From Alphaproteobacteria bacterium (GTDB lineage: Bacteria > Pseudomonadota > Alphaproteobacteria > G965222575): a stretch of DNA of 64,000 nt. Positions 8,035 to 16,326 of the stretch are shown here, one piece after another (position 1 is the first letter of the stretch; each line of letters starts with the position of its first letter). The stretch covers positions 32,001 through 96,000 of the forward strand of contig OZ244958.1 of assembly GCA_965222575.1 (NCBI GenBank), given 5' to 3'. The notes under the pieces were generated by a model. The model worked only from the letters and a program-made list of their open reading frames with translations. It was not told the DNA's origin and did not search any database. The translations under genes and the position numbers were made by a program.

Positions 8035-10818
8035 ATGAAAAAATTCTTGTGGACACTCCCTCTAGTCTGCTTTCTCCCTCTATTAGTAGGCTGTGGAGGT
8101 AGTGGTGGTGGCGGTAGCAGTGGTGGTGGTGGCGGCCAAGTTAACCAAACGACTGGTACTGGTGAAGACGACTCTGGCGGTAACACTCTTGTCCAGAACC
8201 CTAGCCCTCCTATTCCCCCTATCCAAACCCCTCCTGTTGTGACCATCCCTGACTCTGACCCCCCCCTTGTCCAAGATACTCCGGAGGAAGTCGAGGAGAA
8301 AAAATTCGCAGCTCTTGTGACGCGCACTAGGGCAGCAGCGGCAGCGGTAAAATTTCAGATACAACGTCCTACCGAAGCGGACATCGCAAGCTTTCCCATC
8401 ATCAAAAGCAAAGAATTTAAAGACTCTGCTTACTGGACAAATAAAAATGATAAAAACTACATCCTAAGCTTTAGAGTTAGCCGCGAGTATAAAGGCAACA
8501 AATTTGTCTATGATGTACTAGGCTTATCGGAAGTTTATGCTCGGAATATCACTGGAAAATATATGAGTGGCATCTCTCAAGGGGAGCCTGTGAAAATCGG
8601 CGTCTGGGATTCAGGCATAACAAAAAGCGCTTTGAATTACAGAATCAGCAGAGAAAAACACCATGATACCTTAAAAACCCGAGTTACAGGGGTTTCGGTA
8701 GAAAACATGAATGAAAATGGTGATACTATCGATAAGGATGTCAAACTGTCTGACAAAGATACGCTTCTACGGGGGACAGTGATTGCTGCCCTGATTGCTG
8801 CTGGGAAAGATTATAGCATTGACAGAGGAGGCGACTATGAAGGCATACATGGCGTAGCCTACGACGCAACCCTCTTTTCTGTTGCCCAAAAATTATCAAT
8901 AGGTACAAGAGACATAGATACAAGAGATAATGCTGGAAAGACAATAGACCTAGAAAAAGTCGTAAAAAGATTTGTGAAAGAGGGCGTAAAAGTCCTCAAC
9001 ATAAGCTTTAACGACCAAAATGCGCCTCCTATTGCAGGCGGGCCGGACTGGTTTACCCCTTCAATGATTAAATCCTTAAAAGACGCTGACATTGTGACAG
9101 TCATGACGGCAGGACAGGTTTCACGAAACGAACCTTGGTATCCGGGTACAAAAGCATACGGCGCAGGAATGAAAGGATATGGATTAGTCATTGTAGAAGC
9201 CACAGCAGACAATAAAAAAGATAGGAAGAATGGGGAAGAATTTATTAAGCAAACCGATGTTACTGACAAAATCTTTCTTGGAAAACCACCAGACGTCATC
9301 ATTAATGGGGTTTCACACTCTTATAGCGGTAGCAACAGTGCTGCCTGTGGAGAGGAGTGGAAGTATTGCCTCACTGTCATCACACAGTGGTTTGGAAGCG
9401 GAAGCCCCGGAAGCAGCGCGGGGCTTCAATCACCACGCGCTTACCTTGCTCAGGATAAAAAGGGCGATAGTATCACAGAAAGAAAAACGAATGACTCTCC
9501 TGTTGTAACAGGAGCTGGTGCCGCTCTTGCAAGCGGAGCAGTGGCGTTATTACGGGGGGCTTATCCTACATTAAAAGGCAATGAGATTGTTGCTCTTTTG
9601 CTGGATTCTGCTATCAAACCACCAAAAGACACGCTCCTTGCTGACAAAGAGCAGTGGCGCGCAAAGTTCGGACGGGGTATTTTAAGTGTCAAAGAAGCAC
9701 TGAAACAATCTTTTGAAGCAGCGGTTCCCGCGCAAACTGCTAGTTCTTATGAGGCTACTGGGTTTTCTCTTTCTGCAGGAGGAGTGCGTGTAGCCCCCAG
9801 TCTTGGTGCCTTACCTCTTTTGAAACCGCTCAAGGGCAATACTCCCTTACAGATTTTGTTTTTTGATAAGTTCAGAGACCCTAATAGATATTGGGTACAA
9901 GACATAAACGATACATTTCTGTCTTTTGCTTCAAGAGGGGAAGAGAAGCCTGTGTTGTCTTTCTTTTCTTCTGTTTCCAGCACACTAAAGGCAGAAGTTG
10001 ACAAAGGGAGATTGTTGTTGAATAAGGAAGAGGGGAAAATGGCTTATGAAGGGGTGTTAGGAGAGGTGCCTTATCGTGTAGGGATTGGAGGAGAAATACT
10101 AGAGGAAGAGGATAGAGTATTAGCCTTAGCGTCTCACGGAGACCTTTTGGAGGAGAAGCGGTCTTTTTCATTAGGGTCTGGTTTTTACTTAGGGTTTGCT
10201 CAAGGAGAAAAAGAGGGGTATCGTGTGTATAGTGGATATCGTAAGACATTCGGGAGTGGGTTTTTGTATGGGGAAGCTGGTATTGTGAGAGAAGGGGAAG
10301 CCTTTTTAGGAGGGAGAGGTACAGCCTTTATGGAGTTTTCTAATGGAGGGAGGACTTGGTATGGGAGGATACAGGGGCGAATGCGTGTTGGGGGATTTGA
10401 GATGAATGTTGCGGCTTATATGGGGCGTAGTTTTTCTGGAGGGGAGGGGTCTAGGAGCAGTTGGTTAAGGCTTAAAGAAGGGAGAAGCCAAAGTGGGGGC
10501 ATCAGTATTAAAAGGGGGTTATCAAGAAAGAGAAGTATAGAGCTTGGGGCGCTTTTCCCTCTTAAAAGCTCTTATGTGGGAGAGATGTCTCAATTGGAGG
10601 TCTTAAAAGGCGACCTATTAGGGACTTTGCGTTGGTCACAACATGATGTAAGATTGTCCTCAGAAGGAAGAGAAAAGCTTTTTTATGGCTCTTATACGCA
10701 AGTCGTGAAGACAGGAGGGAAGATACACCTATCCTTCGGAGTGAGACTACAAAGAAACCATGTCCCTAATAGGGTACCGGAAAGCTTTTACCTCTTACAA
10801 TATCGGCGTGCTTTCTAA
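8035..10818 (+). CDS. S8 subtilase-like lipoprotein with C-terminal beta-barrel-like domain, copy 1 (predicted catalytically inactive)
   Basis: Lipobox LLVGC, Gly/Pro linker and GVWDSG are present, but LRGT replaces HGT, AGQ replaces AGN and TGAGAA replaces GTSxA. Ends YLLQYRRAF. Start moved to ATG 8035. Confidence 0.85.
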   Translation: MKKFLWTLPLVCFLPLLVGCGGSGGGGSSGGGGGQVNQTTGTGEDDSGGNTLVQNPSPPIPPIQTPPVVTIPDSDPPLVQDTPEEVEEKKFAALVTRTRAAAAAVKFQIQRPTEADIASFPIIKSKEFKDSAYWTNKNDKNYILSFRVSREYKGNKFVYDVLGLSEVYARNITGKYMSGISQGEPVKIGVWDSGITKSALNYRISREKHHDTLKTRVTGVSVENMNENGDTIDKDVKLSDKDTLLRGTVIAALIAAGKDYSIDRGGDYEGIHGVAYDATLFSVAQKLSIGTRDIDTRDNAGKTIDLEKVVKRFVKEGVKVLNISFNDQNAPPIAGGPDWFTPSMIKSLKDADIVTVMTAGQVSRNEPWYPGTKAYGAGMKGYGLVIVEATADNKKDRKNGEEFIKQTDVTDKIFLGKPPDVIINGVSHSYSGSNSAACGEEWKYCLTVITQWFGSGSPGSSAGLQSPRAYLAQDKKGDSITERKTNDSPVVTGAGAALASGAVALLRGAYPTLKGNEIVALLLDSAIKPPKDTLLADKEQWRAKFGRGILSVKEALKQSFEAAVPAQTASSYEATGFSLSAGGVRVAPSLGALPLLKPLKGNTPLQILFFDKFRDPNRYWVQDINDTFLSFASRGEEKPVLSFFSSVSSTLKAEVDKGRLLLNKEEGKMAYEGVLGEVPYRVGIGGEILEEEDRVLALASHGDLLEEKRSFSLGSGFYLGFAQGEKEGYRVYSGYRKTFGSGFLYGEAGIVREGEAFLGGRGTAFMEFSNGGRTWYGRIQGRMRVGGFEMNVAAYMGRSFSGGEGSRSSWLRLKEGRSQSGGISIKRGLSRKRSIELGALFPLKSSYVGEMSQLEVLKGDLLGTLRWSQHDVRLSSEGREKLFYGSYTQVVKTGGKIHLSFGVRLQRNHVPNRVPESFYLLQYRRAF

Positions 10819-10835
10819 TACCAAGTAGTACAAAA

Positions 10836-13445
10836 ATGAGAGAGTTCAGGAATACCCTTTTTGTTATAGCTTTATCTTTGTGTGTTGTAGCACTAGAAGG
10901 CTGTGGAGGTAGCGGCGGTGGTGGTAGTAGTAGCGGTGGCAGTGGTGGTGATACTAGTGAAACAACAAGTACGGGTACTAGTGGAACAAATACCCCTGGC
11001 AACTATGAGCGCGCTCTTAATGGTGAGAAGGTGAATGCTGTTTTTCCACTTCAAAAACCCGAAGGCTCTACAGATTCTGATGAAGACTTCATCGATAGCT
11101 TCAAAACAGACGAATACAAGAAAAACGGCTTCCTTTATGATTTTCTAGACCTGCGGCAATTCTATGCCCGAGGCATAACAGGAAAGGGCATCACTATTGG
11201 TATATGGGATTCAGGCTTCGACCCCGCACAGATAGGAGATGATACACTAAAGGACAGAACCAAAGGCTTTGCGCTATCAAATGACCCTGACAACTACCGA
11301 CTAAGACCTGATAAAACAATAGTGGTGACACTACCAGATAAACCACCACAGGTCTTGACATTTAATGATGAGAGACTTAAGACTTATGATTTCCCCCTTA
11401 CAGAAGACTTTGATGACGACACCTCCCCCAACCATGGCACACAAATGCTTTCCTTTATTGCTGCCGGGAAAGAGGGCTATGGTATACATGGCGTAGCCTA
11501 TGAGGCTTCGGCCTTTGTTATTGCGAACCCCTCAAATAACTTCCCACTCGACAGCATAACAGAAGGGGTAATAGGATACGGCAACAAGTTCATACCGGCG
11601 TTGCATCTCTGGGAATCCCAAGGGGTGAAAGTGGTCAATCTTAGTCTAACTTTGGACTTCGATGGGGCATCGGTGAACACTCAGACAGTGATGACAAACC
11701 TGATGACAAAAAAGGTACCAAAAGCATTAAAAGACCTAGATATTATCCTTGTCATAGCAGCAGGAAACGACGGATATGACGAAAATCCTGCTTTTCCGGG
11801 GCGCGCGGTGACAGAGATGAACGGGTGGGGATTAGTCATCACAGAAGCCGTTGTGTTAGCAACGGGAAAGTCTCGCACCTATACAGAAACTTCAGTTCAA
11901 AACCGATATAATCTCCTTAAAGAAAAGACCTCTGCCTTAATCACTGACGATAAGCTACCACCCTATATACAGGATAAAACAGGCCAGATTCTCTTAAGAA
12001 TGTATGACACAGGAAACAGCAACCCCTGTGGAAGTGCGAAAGCCTTTTGCCTCACTGTTTTAACCACAGCCCACGGAGCCTTAAGCGACGCAGTAGATAA
12101 GCCTAAAGTCTATATTAAGGGCAAAGATGATATTACCAAAGATGAAACAATAGTAGGCTCTTCTATGGCGACAGCTATAACAACTGGGGTCATAGCGTTG
12201 TTACGACAAGCTTATACCAAATTAGAAGGCAATGAGATTGTGAAGCTTATGTTAGAGAGCGCTCATAAAATACAGGGGAAGGAAGAGATATACGGACAAG
12301 GGATTTTAAGCCCCTGGAGAGCCCTTCTTCATCATTTTGGAAAGAAGACGGTTGTGGGGACAACTTCTAGTTCTTATGAGGCTACTGGGTTTTCTCTTGA
12401 TGAAGGAGAAGTGCGTGTAGCCCCCAGTCTTGGTGCCTTACCTCTTTTGAAACCCCTCAAGGGCAATACCCCCTTACAGATTTTGTTTTTTGATAAGTTC
12501 AGAGACCCTAATAGATACTGGGTACAAGACATAAATGATACGTTTCTGTCTTCTGTTTCAAGAGGGGAAGAGAAGCCTGTGTTGTCTTTCTTTTCTTCTG
12601 TTTCCAGCACACTAAAGGCACAAGTTGGCAAAGGGAGATTGTTGTTGAATAAGGAAGAGAAGAAGATGGCTTATGAAGGGGTATTAGGAGAGGTGCCTTA
12701 TCGTGTAGGGATTGGAGGAGAGGTACTAGAGGAAGACGATAGAGTATTAGCCTTAGCGTCTCACGGAGACCTTTTGGAGGAGAAGCGGTCTTTTTCATTA
12801 GGGTCTGATTTTTATTTAGGGTTTGCTCAAGGAGAAAGAGAGGGGTATCGTGTGTATAGCGGGTATCGTAAGACCTTTGGGAGTGGTTTTTTGTATGCGG
12901 AAGCTGGTATTGTGAGAGAAGGGGAAGCCTTTTTAGGAGGGAGAGGTACAGCCTTTATGGAGTTTTCTAATGGAGGGAGGACTTGGTATGGGAGGATACA
13001 GGGGCGAATGCGTGTTGGGGGATTTGAGATGAATGTTGCGGCTTATATGGGGCGTAGTTTTTCTGGAGGGGAGGGTTCTCAGAGCAGTTGGTTAAGGCTT
13101 AAAGAAGGGAGAAGCCAAAGTGGGGGCATCAGTGTTAAAAGGAGTTTATCAAGGGATAGAAGTATAGAGCTTGGGGTACTTTTCCCTCTTAAAAGCTCTT
13201 ATGTGGGAGAGATGTCTCAATTGGAGGTCTTAAAAGGCGACCTATTAGGGACTTTGCGTTGGTCACGGCACGATGTAAGATTGTCCTCAGAAGGAAGAGA
13301 AAAGCTTTTTTATGGCTCTTATACGCAAGTCGTGAAGACAGGAGGGAAGATACACCTATCCTTCGGAGTGAGACTACAAAGAAACCATGTCCCTAATAGG
13401 GTACCGGAAAGCTTTTACCTCCTACAATATCGGCGTGCTTTCTAA
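10836..13445 (+). CDS. S8 subtilase lipoprotein/autotransporter-like, copy 2 (subfamily B)
   Basis: ALEGC lipobox; triad GIWDSG / NHGTQM / GSSMATA; oxyanion AAGNDG; shared C-terminal module. Confidence 0.9.
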   Translation: MREFRNTLFVIALSLCVVALEGCGGSGGGGSSSGGSGGDTSETTSTGTSGTNTPGNYERALNGEKVNAVFPLQKPEGSTDSDEDFIDSFKTDEYKKNGFLYDFLDLRQFYARGITGKGITIGIWDSGFDPAQIGDDTLKDRTKGFALSNDPDNYRLRPDKTIVVTLPDKPPQVLTFNDERLKTYDFPLTEDFDDDTSPNHGTQMLSFIAAGKEGYGIHGVAYEASAFVIANPSNNFPLDSITEGVIGYGNKFIPALHLWESQGVKVVNLSLTLDFDGASVNTQTVMTNLMTKKVPKALKDLDIILVIAAGNDGYDENPAFPGRAVTEMNGWGLVITEAVVLATGKSRTYTETSVQNRYNLLKEKTSALITDDKLPPYIQDKTGQILLRMYDTGNSNPCGSAKAFCLTVLTTAHGALSDAVDKPKVYIKGKDDITKDETIVGSSMATAITTGVIALLRQAYTKLEGNEIVKLMLESAHKIQGKEEIYGQGILSPWRALLHHFGKKTVVGTTSSSYEATGFSLDEGEVRVAPSLGALPLLKPLKGNTPLQILFFDKFRDPNRYWVQDINDTFLSSVSRGEEKPVLSFFSSVSSTLKAQVGKGRLLLNKEEKKMAYEGVLGEVPYRVGIGGEVLEEDDRVLALASHGDLLEEKRSFSLGSDFYLGFAQGEREGYRVYSGYRKTFGSGFLYAEAGIVREGEAFLGGRGTAFMEFSNGGRTWYGRIQGRMRVGGFEMNVAAYMGRSFSGGEGSQSSWLRLKEGRSQSGGISVKRSLSRDRSIELGVLFPLKSSYVGEMSQLEVLKGDLLGTLRWSRHDVRLSSEGREKLFYGSYTQVVKTGGKIHLSFGVRLQRNHVPNRVPESFYLLQYRRAF

Positions 13446-13465
13446 TACTAGGCAGTACAGAAAAA

Positions 13466-16306
13466 ATGAGAGAGTTCAGGAATATCCTTTTTGTTATAGC
13501 TTTATCTTTGTGTGTTGTTGCACTAGAAGGCTGTGGCGGTAGTAGTGGTGGCGGTGGTGGTGGTGGTGAAACAACATATACACCCCCGCCCCTAAGACTG
13601 CCAAAAACTGATGCTGCCAAGAGCAACTATGGGCGCGCTCGTAGTGGTGAGGATGTGAATAATGTTTTTCCACTTACAGATACGGATGAAGACTTTATCG
13701 AGAGCTTCAAAACAACGGAGTATAAAGAAACAGGCGGGGCTGTTTATGACGCACTAGGCTTACGGTATTTCTATGCAAGAGGCTTGACTGGGGAAGGAAT
13801 GGAAGTTGCCGTACTGGATAAAGGCTTCAGCAGAGCGCATGCCGAAACAGCCGACGCCGATACCTCAAAAATAGATAGCTTACAATCCAGGATGTTTTGG
13901 CTCGATATACTAGTAGAAGGGAAGAACCTAAAGGACAACAACAAGCATACCTCATCACCACATGGCACCTACATGAGTATGATTATAGCTGCTGGGAAAG
14001 ATGATGTTAAACAACATGGCATAGCCTACAATGCTGAGGTCTATCATTTTAAAATACTTCACAAGCTGGACCCTTTCAAAATTTTGAGCAAAAATGGGCA
14101 GAAAAAACTAACCAAGGAGAACGAAAGGCGCGCATACAACCGACAAGTGGAAGCATTTGGAGTACCAAATAAGAATAATCACGAAATAGTTTCTGTTTAT
14201 AGCCTCAGATACGCAACCGACTTGCACGCAAAACTCAGTCAAGAAGATCAGAAGAAGTTGGAAAAAGCGGGACCAGAATACACCAAAAAGCTCTATTACG
14301 CATATCTAAAAGAACCTCACGAAAAGGGCATGAAGGTGATCAATATGAGTATGTTTTCTCCTACTGGTATAAAAAACATAAGTGGTGTGTATCAACTTCC
14401 AGACGATTTTAACCCCGATAACCCCGTCGGCGGGTTCCAGAACTTGATAAAGACTTATCAAGAGAATATGAAGAAACCGCTAAACGACCGCGACAGGTTT
14501 GATATTGTTCTATCGTTATGCGCAGGCAACGAGGGTATCCCTCAGCTTGCTAGCCCTGCTAACATAGCGCACTGGCTTGAGGTAAAAGATGAAAAAACAG
14601 GAGAACATCTAGGAGGATACGCCATTACCTCCACTAGTGTCGCCTCCACGGAATTGGGTCATCTTTTACCGGGAGGGACTTTTGATCCCAATAAAATAAT
14701 CTCTAATGTGAGAGACGCTGGATATAAGACCAATTTTCCCAATAAATGTGGAACGGGGAAATCCCAAAAATTTTGTCTAGCAGTCGTTGAAACAATCATA
14801 AACGTAAACCCCGATGAATCCCCCATTTTATGGGGGTGGAAACCGGAGAAAGCCTCTGAGAAGTGCGAAGCATATCGAGCAAGTGACAAAACAAAGACAG
14901 GTAATGATAATCCGTGCGAGGACTGGATTTTACCGAGATTTCCTGAAAATAACCCTATATTTTCTAAAGAAGCAATAAAAAAAATGATTAGATATGAAAC
15001 CACCAATCGCCCCCTGGTTGGAACTTCTGCTACGACAGCTGTAGTAAGTGGGGTAGCAACTTTGTTACGACAAGCTTTTCCTAAATTAAAGGCCTATGCG
15101 ATTGTGAAGCTTATGTTAGAGAGCGCTCATAAAATGCCGCAGAAACGTCTATACGGACAAGGGATTTTAAGCCCCTGGAGAGCCCTTCTTCTTCCTTTTG
15201 GACTGAAGACGGTTGTGGGGACAACTTCTAGTTCTTATGAGGCTACTGGGTTTTCTCTTTCTGCAGGAGGAGTGCGTGTATCGTCTAGTCTTGGTGCCTT
15301 ACCTCTTTTGAAACCGCTCAAGGGCAATACTCCCTTACAGATTTTGTTTTTTGATAAGTTCAGAGACCCTAACAGATATTGGGTACAAGACATAAACGAT
15401 ACATTTCTGTCTTCTGCTTCAAGAGGGGAAGAGAAGCCTGTGTTGTCTTTCTTTTCTTCTGTTTCCAGTACACTAAAGGCAGAAGTTGGTAAAGGGAGAT
15501 TGTTGTTGAATAAGGAAGAGGGGAAGATGGCTTATGAAGGGGTGTTAGGAGAGGTGCCTTATCGTGTAGGGATTGGAGGAGAGGTACTAGAGGAAGAAGA
15601 TAGAGTATTAGCCTTAGCGTCTCACGGAGACCTTTTGGAGGAGAAGCGGTCTTTTTCATTAGGGTCTGGTTTTTACTTAGGGTTTGCTCAAGGAGAAAGA
15701 GAGGGGTATCGTGTGTATAGTGGATATCGTAAGACATTCGGGAGTGGTTTTTTGTATGGGGAAGCTGGTATTGTGCGAGAAGGGGAAGCCTTTTTAGGAG
15801 GGAGAGGTACAGCCTTTATGGAGTTTTCTAATGGAGGGAGGACTTGGTATGGGAGGATACAGGGGCGAATGCGTGTTGGGGGATTTGAGATGAATGTTGC
15901 GGCTTATATGGGGCGTAGTTTTTCTGGAGGGGAGGGTTCTCAGAGCAGTTGGTTAAGGCTTAAAGAAGGGAGAAGCCAAAGTGGGGGCATCAGTGTTAAA
16001 AGGAGTTTATCTAGGAAGAGAAGTATAGAGCTTGGGGTACTTTTCCCTCTTAAAAGCTCTTATGTGGGAGAGATGTCTCAATTGGAGGTCTTAAAAGGCG
16101 ACCTATTAGGGACTTTGCGTTGGTCACAACATGATGTAAGACTATCCTCAGAAGGAAGAGAAAAGCTTTTTTATGGCTCTTATACGCAAGTCGTGAAGAC
16201 AGGGGGGAAGATACACCTATCCTTCGGAGTGAGACTACAAAGAAACCATGTCCCTAATAGGGTACCGGAAAGCTTTTACCTCTTACAATATCGGCACACT
16301 TTCTAA
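13466..16306 (+). CDS. S8 subtilase lipoprotein/autotransporter-like, copy 3 (subfamily C)
   Basis: ALEGC; AVLDKG / PHGTYM / CAGNEG / GTSATTA; shared C-terminal module. Confidence 0.9.
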   Translation: MREFRNILFVIALSLCVVALEGCGGSSGGGGGGGETTYTPPPLRLPKTDAAKSNYGRARSGEDVNNVFPLTDTDEDFIESFKTTEYKETGGAVYDALGLRYFYARGLTGEGMEVAVLDKGFSRAHAETADADTSKIDSLQSRMFWLDILVEGKNLKDNNKHTSSPHGTYMSMIIAAGKDDVKQHGIAYNAEVYHFKILHKLDPFKILSKNGQKKLTKENERRAYNRQVEAFGVPNKNNHEIVSVYSLRYATDLHAKLSQEDQKKLEKAGPEYTKKLYYAYLKEPHEKGMKVINMSMFSPTGIKNISGVYQLPDDFNPDNPVGGFQNLIKTYQENMKKPLNDRDRFDIVLSLCAGNEGIPQLASPANIAHWLEVKDEKTGEHLGGYAITSTSVASTELGHLLPGGTFDPNKIISNVRDAGYKTNFPNKCGTGKSQKFCLAVVETIINVNPDESPILWGWKPEKASEKCEAYRASDKTKTGNDNPCEDWILPRFPENNPIFSKEAIKKMIRYETTNRPLVGTSATTAVVSGVATLLRQAFPKLKAYAIVKLMLESAHKMPQKRLYGQGILSPWRALLLPFGLKTVVGTTSSSYEATGFSLSAGGVRVSSSLGALPLLKPLKGNTPLQILFFDKFRDPNRYWVQDINDTFLSSASRGEEKPVLSFFSSVSSTLKAEVGKGRLLLNKEEGKMAYEGVLGEVPYRVGIGGEVLEEEDRVLALASHGDLLEEKRSFSLGSGFYLGFAQGEREGYRVYSGYRKTFGSGFLYGEAGIVREGEAFLGGRGTAFMEFSNGGRTWYGRIQGRMRVGGFEMNVAAYMGRSFSGGEGSQSSWLRLKEGRSQSGGISVKRSLSRKRSIELGVLFPLKSSYVGEMSQLEVLKGDLLGTLRWSQHDVRLSSEGREKLFYGSYTQVVKTGGKIHLSFGVRLQRNHVPNRVPESFYLLQYRHTF

Positions 16307-16326
16307 TACTAGGCAGTACAGAAAAA

